Shown: positions 7,727 to 15,747 of the stretch, piece after piece
Layout of the letters: every line of letters begins with the position of its first letter
Numbering within the stretch: the first letter of the stretch is position 1
Source of the DNA: Sulfurovum sp.
GTDB lineage: Bacteria > Campylobacterota > Campylobacteria > Campylobacterales > Sulfurovaceae
Assembly: GCF_041551015.1 (NCBI RefSeq)
Contig: NZ_JBFENQ010000001.1
Location: 1-41,556, forward strand
Direction: 5' to 3'
Length of the DNA: 41,556 bases
Translations under genes and position numbers: made by a program
The notes under the pieces: model-generated
The model's input: only the letters and a program-made list of their open reading frames with translations
Told to the model about the DNA's origin: nothing
The model's database searches: none

Positions 7727-9490
7727 TTAGAAGGCACAGGTAGGATCAACTTTATACACAGCTAACTCCTTACCTTTTGTGTCCACAACATGCACGGCAC
7801 AAGCGATACATGGATCAAAGCTATGGATAGTTCTAATGATTTCAAGTGGTTCTTCAGGATTTGCTACTTTCGTACCAATAAGACTTGCCTCATAAGCACC
7901 CAATTCACCATTTGGACCTCTAGGTCCTGCATTCCATGTTGATGGAACAACCGCTTGATAGTTTTCAACTTTTCCATCTTTCACTTTTACCCAGTGTCCT
8001 AAAGATCCTCTTGGTGCTTCTGCAAGTCCCACACCTTTTGTATCAACACTTACATTATCAAAGTCAAACTCTGTCCAAGTACTAAGGTCTCCCATAGCCG
8101 CATTTTTTGCCAATTCATCAGTCCATTCCATCATAACATCACACATAAGTTCCGTCTCTATAGCACGCGCTGCAGTTCTACCAACAGTAGAAAAGAGAAC
8201 TGTTACAGGCAAGTTTGCTCTTTTTAAGAAGTTTCCTACATATTTTGTAATTCTCTTATCACCTTTTACATATCCAATTACCATACGTGCAAGAGGTCCA
8301 ACTTCTACTTTTTTACCATCATAAAGAGGAGACTTGATCCAAGAATACTTTTCATCTGTTTTCAAGTATGAATATCCATCTTCTTTCTTTTCCATCCCTG
8401 TAAATTTCGGAATGGTTGTTCCCTCATATGGATGTTCTGGAGCACCTGTTCCTTCATACCATGCATGTGTTACATCTTCAGTGATTTTCTCTTGATCAAC
8501 TTCCAATACTTTGGTAATATCACCATCAAGTACAAGTCCTGAAGGGAAAAGGGTTTCTGCTTTATAGAAACCTGTATCATCAAGTCTAAAGTCACCATAA
8601 GACATATAACTTAGAATTCCACCTCCCGTTCCACCAACGCCTTTATATGTAGCATCTGCATCAGTTGCTTCTTCAGCATACATAGTTCCAGCCATATATA
8701 CATCTGGAAGATAGGCTCTTTTTACAAATTCGGTACTGTCTTTTAATAACTGTTTAAAGAGTGCAATTCTCGCAGGGTTTTTAATATCCTGAACACAAGT
8801 AACTCCACCAACAACAATAGATTGAGGATGTGGGTTTTTACCACCAAATATAGCTTGCATTTTAGCCATATCTCTTTGGATATCAAGTGCCTTAAGATAG
8901 TGCGCTACACCAATGAGGTTTTGTTCAGGTGTAAGTTCATAGTGGTCATTACCCCAATATCCATTTCCGAAGATACCCAATCTTCCTTCTTTAACAAACT
9001 TTACAATACGTTCTTGTATGAGTTTAAATTCATTTGGATCCGAAGTAAATGGAGCCACACCCGCCACATGAGCCCATTTGGCTGCTTCTGCTGCAGTCTT
9101 ATAAGGATCTGCCTTTGTCGCTGCTACAACATCTACGAAATCAAGTGCATGTAAATGATAGAAGTGTACAAGGTGATCATGTACATATAGTGCCCCTTGA
9201 ATCAAGTTTCTTACCAATCGTGCATTTTTAGGTATAGTGATATCAAATGCATCCTCTACCGCTTCGATACTTCTTTGGTAGTGTGTACCAGTACAAACAC
9301 CACAGATACGCATTGCCATCAGACCGCAATCTCTAGGATCTCTTCCTTTGAGGATCGTTTCTATACCTCTAAACATTGTTGATGAACTAAAAGCATCTAC
9401 AATTTTATTATTCTCATCTATTACTGCTTCAATACGAAGATGTCCTTCGATTCTTGTAATAGGATCAACGATTATATGTTTCTTAGACAT
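7727..9490 (-). CDS. hydB: Group 1b membrane-bound [NiFe]-hydrogenase large subunit
   Basis: DPITRIEGH, RICGVCTGTH (L1), SFDPCIACAVH (L2), then a cleavable C-terminal extension. Confidence 0.97.
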   Translation of the reverse strand: MSKKHIIVDPITRIEGHLRIEAVIDENNKIVDAFSSSTMFRGIETILKGRDPRDCGLMAMRICGVCTGTHYQRSIEAVEDAFDITIPKNARLVRNLIQGALYVHDHLVHFYHLHALDFVDVVAATKADPYKTAAEAAKWAHVAGVAPFTSDPNEFKLIQERIVKFVKEGRLGIFGNGYWGNDHYELTPEQNLIGVAHYLKALDIQRDMAKMQAIFGGKNPHPQSIVVGGVTCVQDIKNPARIALFKQLLKDSTEFVKRAYLPDVYMAGTMYAEEATDADATYKGVGGTGGGILSYMSYGDFRLDDTGFYKAETLFPSGLVLDGDITKVLEVDQEKITEDVTHAWYEGTGAPEHPYEGTTIPKFTGMEKKEDGYSYLKTDEKYSWIKSPLYDGKKVEVGPLARMVIGYVKGDKRITKYVGNFLKRANLPVTVLFSTVGRTAARAIETELMCDVMMEWTDELAKNAAMGDLSTWTEFDFDNVSVDTKGVGLAEAPRGSLGHWVKVKDGKVENYQAVVPSTWNAGPRGPNGELGAYEASLIGTKVANPEEPLEIIRTIHSFDPCIACAVHVVDTKGKELAVYKVDPTCAF

Positions 9491-10728
9491 TACTCTTCTC
9501 CTTCTTCTACTCTTTTACCTGCAACAGCACTAGCGGCTGCATGAATACCTATACCAATACCTGCTACGGTAAGCAATCCTAAACCAAACTCATCAACTGT
9601 TTTTTCTACACCACCTGTAGGTGCTTTAATATTGGCATCTGACATTGGTCTTTCATATGCATATTTATCCCAGAAATCCGGTTCGGAACAACCGATACAC
9701 CCTCGTCCAACTCCAATAGGCCAGTTTACACCTTCGTTGTATCGTATAATGGAACAGTTATTAAAGGTCATTGGACCTTTACATCCAACCTTATAGAGAC
9801 AGAAGTTATTTTTAGCCCCTTCATCACCCCATTCTTCTACATATTCACCAGCATCAAAGTGTGCTCTTCTTTCACAGTTATCATGGATTCTATATCCAAA
9901 AGCAAACTTAGGTCTAAGTAGAGAATCAAGCTCAGGAATTGAACCAGTCAATACATAGTGTAAGATCACTCCTACCATGTTTGAAGGGTTTGCTGGACAT
10001 GCTGGAATGTTGATGACTGGCTTACCTTTTATCACATCCATCACACCTACAGCATCTGTAGGGTTTGGAGCAGCGGCAGGAATACCTCCGTATGTTGCAC
10101 ATGAACCTACCGCTACAACAGCCGCAGCCCCTTTTGCCATACGTAGTAAATGATCATGGAATGTTTCAGCTTTTGCACCGATCGTTCCGTATTGTCCGTT
10201 CAATCCCATAGGTATAGCTCCTTCTACAAAGAGAAGGTACTTACCATGAAAATGTTCTGCCGCTTCATCCATCTGTTTTTCAGCTTGATGTCCTGATGCA
10301 GCCTGTAATGTTTCATGAAATTCTAAAGAGATGATATTAAGAATAATTTCATCAATTTTTGGCCCATCACTTCTAAGTAATGCTTCAGAGTTACCTGCAC
10401 AATCCTGTAATTCTAGCCATATAACAGGTACACGGTTCATCATAACAGCTGCTTCAGCAACCAAAGGTGTAAATGAAGCTGGTAACATCAACATTGCAGT
10501 TGTTGCAGATGCCCATTTAAGGAAATCTCTTCTTTCAAGACCTTCTTCTTCAATACTTTCTGTGAAATCCAATCTATTGTTAAGCGGCTCCAATTTTTTT
10601 AAGTCTTCAAGTCTTGCTTGGCATTTAAGATACAATTCATCGTAATATGTATCACCTTTATTTGTGTCCACCTTCGCACTTTGAGCGGTAAAAAGTTTTT
10701 TTACTGACTCTTGTTTATCCATACTCAT
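9490..10728 (-). CDS. hydA: Group 1b [NiFe]-hydrogenase small subunit, Tat-exported, C-terminal membrane anchor
   Basis: ERRDFLK Tat motif; DCAGNSE, GSCATYGG, PACP, HDNCERR, CLYKVGCKGP, GCIGCSEP; C-terminal TM with His. Start at ATG 10728 behind SD aaggag. Confidence 0.96.
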   Translation of the reverse strand: MSMDKQESVKKLFTAQSAKVDTNKGDTYYDELYLKCQARLEDLKKLEPLNNRLDFTESIEEEGLERRDFLKWASATTAMLMLPASFTPLVAEAAVMMNRVPVIWLELQDCAGNSEALLRSDGPKIDEIILNIISLEFHETLQAASGHQAEKQMDEAAEHFHGKYLLFVEGAIPMGLNGQYGTIGAKAETFHDHLLRMAKGAAAVVAVGSCATYGGIPAAAPNPTDAVGVMDVIKGKPVINIPACPANPSNMVGVILHYVLTGSIPELDSLLRPKFAFGYRIHDNCERRAHFDAGEYVEEWGDEGAKNNFCLYKVGCKGPMTFNNCSIIRYNEGVNWPIGVGRGCIGCSEPDFWDKYAYERPMSDANIKAPTGGVEKTVDEFGLGLLTVAGIGIGIHAAASAVAGKRVEEGEE

Positions 10729-10760
10729 CTGTTCTCCTTTTTTTTTATTCAAAATATTAT

Positions 10761-10824
10761 TGAATATTCATTCACCATAATAAACAAATTAAACTTAAAT
10801 AAAAATGAATATTCATTCATTTTT
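10761..10824 (-). promoter_or_regulatory. hydA promoter flanked by two TGAAT-N4-ATTCA operators
   Basis: tgaatattcattca at 10761-10774 and 10806-10819. Between them on the minus strand: TTTAAGTTT (10791-10799) and -10-like TATTAT (10777-10782). Confidence 0.75.
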
Positions 10825-10881
10825 ATTAAATATTTTATATTTTTTTATCTTTTATCATAAAAAAATACTATACACTTACTT

Positions 10882-11646
10882 CTATCTCTCATCATTCCAT
10901 TCATTTATGCGATACACTTTACCATTACGAGGAAGTATCCACATCTGATACATTGATGTAGTCCACATTATTATAAAAGCCAACATATAACCAAAACCAC
11001 CTATAATTGTGAACCACGCAAATCCAGGGTATATAGATGTGATCCACCATGAAGATATATCTATAATTAAAAATCCAAATGGAATCGCGATGATGAAAGC
11101 TTTAAATTTTTCATTAAACCCTACAGCTAAAGAAAATATGTACCCGACAAAAATGAATATGAAGGCAATACCAAAAAGATGAATATGTGAAACTCTAGTT
11201 AGAGAATCTACCGATGCACCCATATCTGTTTTTGCCACTTCAGCTGTTTCTTCATACTCAGTAAACTCAGGTAATCCTGGTATTGAACTATGACACTGCA
11301 CACAATTCGCTGCAAAAATTGGTTCGACTTTTTTCCAATGTTCTAAAGGTGCCCCTTCTCTTGCCCATTTGACTAATGTTGTTCTATCTTTATCACTCGC
11401 TTTATCTTTCATAGAACCATGTAACTTTACTTCTAATTTAGAAGACTTTCTATTACCATGATAGCTATAAACAACGTCATCAACTGATACACCTAATTTA
11501 CCATCTGCCATACCATGTGTTAAAAGTATTTGAATCCCTGACATTATAAATCCCACTGCCATAACAAGTAAATAACCTGTAAATAGTGTTCTTACAGCAA
11601 TACCTAAAGAAGGAAGATTCATTCGACTCATGACCATATTGTCCAT
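10882..11646 (-). CDS. Membrane protein with single CxxCH heme c motif (putative membrane cytochrome c, unknown function)
   Basis: N-terminal TM, soluble domain with CVQCH, then LTRVSHIHLFG and about three more TM helices. Confidence 0.75.
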   Translation of the reverse strand: MDNMVMSRMNLPSLGIAVRTLFTGYLLVMAVGFIMSGIQILLTHGMADGKLGVSVDDVVYSYHGNRKSSKLEVKLHGSMKDKASDKDRTTLVKWAREGAPLEHWKKVEPIFAANCVQCHSSIPGLPEFTEYEETAEVAKTDMGASVDSLTRVSHIHLFGIAFIFIFVGYIFSLAVGFNEKFKAFIIAIPFGFLIIDISSWWITSIYPGFAWFTIIGGFGYMLAFIIMWTTSMYQMWILPRNGKVYRINEWNDER

Positions 11647-11691
11647 TATGACCCTTTACTATACTTAATTTATTACATTTCTCCATAAAAA

Positions 11692-11754
11692 TGAATGAGT
11701 ATTCAGTATAGTAGGTAAAAAAACTTAAAATAAAATGAATAACTATTCATTTTA
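11692..11754 (-). promoter_or_regulatory. Promoter of the cytochrome c-like gene flanked by two TGAAT-N4-ATTCA operators
   Basis: tgaatgagtattca 11692-11705 and tgaataactattca 11736-11749. Minus-strand TTTAAGTTT (11721-11729) and TATACT (11705-11710). Confidence 0.75.
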
Positions 11755-11806
11755 TGAAAAATATTTATTTTTGTTTATTTTTGGAATAAGCTAAATGTGT
11801 ATTATA

Positions 11807-13108
11807 TTATTGTGTAGTACAAACAGAGCAGACATCAAATGTACGAAAAATAAACGTTGCTTCTTCTATACTTGATGAACCAATCATAGCTTCTATCGCT
11901 ATGCCCTGTTCTTCTCTTGTAGAATGACTAAGGTTCCACTGAGTAGGTGTAATAATATCATAATTTGTAATGACACCATCTCTTACGGTTGTCTTATGTA
12001 TGAGTGAGCCTCTTGCAGCTTCTACAATGCCTGTACCCTCAAACTCATTAAGTCTCACATCTGCATCCAATACACATGATGATTCATCTAATTTTAAGTT
12101 TTGGAGTAAATTTTTAGAGTAATCTAATAAAAGTGCTACTTCATGCATGCGTGCGAAGACTCGTGATAATACAGAATCTTTGTAGCGTTTATGTAAACTT
12201 TTTACTATGGGAGTCTTAGCAACCATACCTCTAGCCAGGGGTCCTACTTCATAAAATTTATCTTTATAGGTTACAGCCTTTGCAACAGTATCTTTTTGCT
12301 CATCTTCTCTCACGTAACGTGTATCAATATTTGTAACATTTGTAACAATAGACTTTCCTGGTTTAGAAAGTATACAGTCTCCAAAGACAATAAATCTGTC
12401 ATGACTGTATCCTTTATCGCCCATATCATTAACAACCATAAGATGTAATAGTTTGCCAAAGTCACCTTGTATATGACCGAAGGAAGAGACAGATTCTATT
12501 GCTAAATAATCATCTATAGAAAGTCCAATCATCACCTCTTCAAAGAATTTAATACTTTCATCTACAAGACTTTGTGCTTGCATCACATCAAGATGCGTAG
12601 GATCACAGGTCACTCCACCTGGAACTGCGTAAGAAGAATGTGGCCATTGTCCTGCAAAGATAGCTAGTGCTTTAGTAATAGTAGAGGTAAGATATGTGGC
12701 CTTAATCGCATAGTTTTCTTCACTAACAACTCCTACATACTTTTCAAGCTGAGGAAGTATAGTCATATAAAGCCATTTAATATGGTTTTGTATGAGCTCA
12801 CATGACAAGGTGAATTCTCGTATGTCATTTGCTTTAGAAGTAAGATTTACTCTTAACCCTGCATTTTCATATCCATTTTCTATGGCACGTACCGCAGCTA
12901 ATAGATGTGCATGGTTACAGATACCACAGACCCGTGGTGTTATCACCAAAGCATCCCGTGCATCTTTACCTCTAAGTATTTCTTCTATACCACGGTAAAA
13001 TCCAAAGTTTATCTTTACATCCTCTATCTTACCTTGGTTAAATGTGAAATCCAATTCCGCTTCACCTTCTATCTTTTCTATAAGTTTCTTAACAGTTACT
13101 TTATTCAT
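11807..13108 (-). CDS. hupL: Cytoplasmic group 2 (probably 2d) [NiFe]-hydrogenase large subunit
   Basis: EKIEGEA, PRVCGICNHAH (L1), TFDVCSVCTTQ-stop (L2, no C-terminal extension). Confidence 0.9.
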   Translation of the reverse strand: MNKVTVKKLIEKIEGEAELDFTFNQGKIEDVKINFGFYRGIEEILRGKDARDALVITPRVCGICNHAHLLAAVRAIENGYENAGLRVNLTSKANDIREFTLSCELIQNHIKWLYMTILPQLEKYVGVVSEENYAIKATYLTSTITKALAIFAGQWPHSSYAVPGGVTCDPTHLDVMQAQSLVDESIKFFEEVMIGLSIDDYLAIESVSSFGHIQGDFGKLLHLMVVNDMGDKGYSHDRFIVFGDCILSKPGKSIVTNVTNIDTRYVREDEQKDTVAKAVTYKDKFYEVGPLARGMVAKTPIVKSLHKRYKDSVLSRVFARMHEVALLLDYSKNLLQNLKLDESSCVLDADVRLNEFEGTGIVEAARGSLIHKTTVRDGVITNYDIITPTQWNLSHSTREEQGIAIEAMIGSSSIEEATFIFRTFDVCSVCTTQ

Positions 13109-14001
13109 TTGTCATAGTCCATAAGTCGTTCCGAGAAACGTTTTATTGTGAAACTCTTCGTTATCCCGGTAAGTGTCAGATATGCTCGTTTAGATACGCC
13201 TAGTGGCATCTTATTAGGTATCCCCATGTTAGTCTTTGTTTTAAAGAGTGAATCTTGTGGATAGTTAGGCTCAGTACAACCAAAGCACGGTGTCCCGACA
13301 CGTGTTTTAGAACTTGTATCATTCCATAGTATCTTGTTACAACTTCCTCTTGTGTAAGGGCCTTGACATCCAGATTCATAAAAGAGACAACCTTCTTTAA
13401 GGCCAAAGTTTTTTGTATCAATCTTCCATTCAAAATACTCGTTACGCGTACACCCTGTATGTACTGTGTACCCATAAAGTTCTACTGGTCGATGTAAGTT
13501 ATCAATGGGAATATCTTTCTTTCCTGATATCATTAAAAGAACATAAGAGAGCCACTTAGGATGTATTGGACAGCCAGGTAGCGATATAAGTTTAGAAGCA
13601 TATGTATTATAACGCTTTGTCTTCTCTTCGGCATCAAAACAAAAACCGGAAATTGCATCAGGATTTTTTTGTTTAAATATTCCTCCGAAAGTTGCACAAG
13701 TACCCGCAGATATAATATGTTTCGCTTTACTTGCATACTTCTCTATAAGTGATGACACTTCCACACCACTTTTCAAAAATCCTTCTTCTTGAAATGAACC
13801 TTCAAGTATGAGTATATCACAAGGTACTATACCTGCTATAACATCTTCCATACTGGATGAGGTATCGAGTACTGGATGATGCACCAATTCAAAATGTGAA
13901 AGTATGAAAAAAAGATCTGGGTGGTTTAAAAAAGAGTGAGTGTTTCCATTACAAGTGATAGACTGTAGCCAAAGCAATTTAGGTTTGTTTTGGCTTATCA
14001 T
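13105..14001 (-). CDS. hupS: Cytoplasmic group 2 [NiFe]-hydrogenase small subunit (no Tat signal)
   Basis: LLWLQSITCNGNTHS, GTCATFGG, LPGCP, HTGCTRNEYF, GCLF..GCQGP, PCFGCTEP; ATGA overlap with large subunit. Confidence 0.9.
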   Translation of the reverse strand: MISQNKPKLLWLQSITCNGNTHSFLNHPDLFFILSHFELVHHPVLDTSSSMEDVIAGIVPCDILILEGSFQEEGFLKSGVEVSSLIEKYASKAKHIISAGTCATFGGIFKQKNPDAISGFCFDAEEKTKRYNTYASKLISLPGCPIHPKWLSYVLLMISGKKDIPIDNLHRPVELYGYTVHTGCTRNEYFEWKIDTKNFGLKEGCLFYESGCQGPYTRGSCNKILWNDTSSKTRVGTPCFGCTEPNYPQDSLFKTKTNMGIPNKMPLGVSKRAYLTLTGITKSFTIKRFSERLMDYDK

Positions 14002-14004
14002 ACC

Positions 14005-14598
14005 TTATGCCTTTAATGCATTATAGATGTTGTAAGAAATATCATCTATATATTCCTCTATGGGTTTAGGTAATACATCTTCTCCTTTGAGAAAAACCAT
14101 TCCTCCTAAGTATCCCATAAATAGCCCAAAAGCAGAAAAAAAGTCTTGATTGCGCAACTCTCCAGAAGAAACAGAATCATCAAAGAAAATCATAATTTCA
14201 GTGATAAACCCAGAAACACAGACCATTCCCTCACAACCGTGATGAAATACTTCACGATTAGAAAGATATACACGTAGAAAATACTCTATCATTTCAGGCT
14301 TATCTTTCGCCATCATAAAATAAACTTCAACAATCTTCTCAATCTTTACTTTAGCACTCACATCCATCATATTAACTTTATGTATCTCTGCACCCAATGC
14401 TTGAGAAGTATACTTTATGATCTCCTGTGCTAAGATATCTTTGGATGAAAAATAATTATAGACATTCCCCACACTCATATGAAGTTTCGTAGCGATATCA
14501 GGAATGGTTGTCTTATGAAAACCATTTATAGAAAAAAGTTGTAATGCTGCCTGAATAATAGATTCTCGTTTTAATGCTTTCTTTTCTGCTATTTTCAA
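14005..14598 (-). CDS. TetR/AcrR family transcriptional regulator
   Basis: IIQAALQLFSINGFHKTTIPDIA..MSVGNVYNYFSSKD HTH; TTG start with aagga SD; stop 3 nt before the group 2 small subunit start. Confidence 0.93.
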   Translation of the reverse strand: MKIAEKKALKRESIIQAALQLFSINGFHKTTIPDIATKLHMSVGNVYNYFSSKDILAQEIIKYTSQALGAEIHKVNMMDVSAKVKIEKIVEVYFMMAKDKPEMIEYFLRVYLSNREVFHHGCEGMVCVSGFITEIMIFFDDSVSSGELRNQDFFSAFGLFMGYLGGMVFLKGEDVLPKPIEEYIDDISYNIYNALKA

Positions 14599-15074
14599 GA
14601 ATTTCCTTTTTGTATCATTGAACGTATTCTAACATAAATTATTATACATTATAAATAAATCACTCATATTCAATATTAATTTCCATCTATCTACTTACCA
14701 AAAATTTCATTTTAAACCTAATAAATCTACCTAATAGTTATATCACGGCTCTTTTATAGAGTACACTTTTTTTAATTCTTTAGAGTGTACATTTTATTTA
14801 TAAAATTATATTTGCCATTCTGAACGTGTCCGTTCAGAGATTCTTTTTGAACGAAACATGAAACCTACTTTGGGTGATAACAGTGGGTTTATAGTACGTG
14901 ATCTAAGGGCCAGTTTTTTAGCTACTTAGGGACAGAATGATACCCTAGTCACAACAAAGGTATTAACACTTCAACGCTCATTTATAGTCTTATTGAAAGA
15001 GGTATGGAAAGAAGATGTGAAGATCTTTAGTATGGAAGTTGTTTTAGTCTATGTAGATGGAGGAAAACCCTATT

Positions 15075-15099
15075 GTATCCCCGAAGAATTCGAGGATAC
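15075..15099. terminator. Hairpin, probable terminator of the 15112-15537 gene
   Basis: gtatcc-c-cgaa/ttcg-a-ggatac inverted repeat just past the stop codon; U-tract weak. Confidence 0.5.
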
Positions 15100-15111
15100 C
15101 TTTAAAGCATT

Positions 15112-15537
15112 TTAAGCTAAAAAAAGATTCGTAGCTGCAACTGAAAATGCAGATGCTCCTATATATCCAGCACCGAACATAAATGAAGATATAAGTTTAA
15201 GAAGTGGTTGAAACCTCCATTTTACCAGTAAAATAATAAGTGAACCGATCAACGATGGCAAAAATACATATGCCATGCTATATCCTAAGCCAAATCCATT
15301 TGGTATAAGAATTTGTGTTGAAATTAAAAAACCTATGATAAATACACCTATAACATACATTGCCATATATTTTATAGTACCATATTTTGATAAACTGTCA
15401 TCTAAACTAAGTTCTTTTGTAAAAGCATCCTTGATATCAGAAAAATCAGAATCTTTTAATGACATTTCTTCAGCTATAAAGAAAACAATAATACTTCCAA
15501 AAAATCCTATACCTATTGCAATCACTAACATACCCAT
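15112..15537 (-). CDS. Hypothetical membrane protein (about 4 TM)
   Basis: 141-aa hydrophobic ORF with SD aagga; family not recognised. Confidence 0.7.
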   Translation of the reverse strand: MGMLVIAIGIGFFGSIIVFFIAEEMSLKDSDFSDIKDAFTKELSLDDSLSKYGTIKYMAMYVIGVFIIGFLISTQILIPNGFGLGYSMAYVFLPSLIGSLIILLVKWRFQPLLKLISSFMFGAGYIGASAFSVAATNLFLA

Positions 15538-15701
15538 GTTGAATCCTTTTATTTATTATTTATGACACAATTTATTGTAACCAAAATAATATAATATTAG
15601 TTTTAATTATATAACTAGTTAAGAAAATATAGTAAATATGTAAAAAAGATATATTACTAGATAAAGAAAAGAAGGGGAAAATTGAAATAGAGATTAAAAT
15701 C

Positions 15702-15723
15702 TCCTACCTTTTTAAAGGTAGGA
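15702..15723 (-). terminator. Probable intrinsic terminator of acnB
   Basis: tcctaccttt-tt-aaaggtagga perfect inverted repeat ~25 nt after the acnB stop. Confidence 0.6.
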
Positions 15724-15747
15724 AAAAGAAAGAAAACGTGGTGATGA

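Noticed and set aside
7727-13108. Selenocysteine ([NiFeSe]) hydrogenase
   Set aside because: Both large subunits have ordinary Cys in the L2 motifs and no in-frame TGA.
14600-14680. Autoregulatory TGAAT-N4-ATTCA operator upstream of tetR
   Set aside because: Only half-site-like matches (tgaacgtattct, cactcatattca) with wrong spacing.
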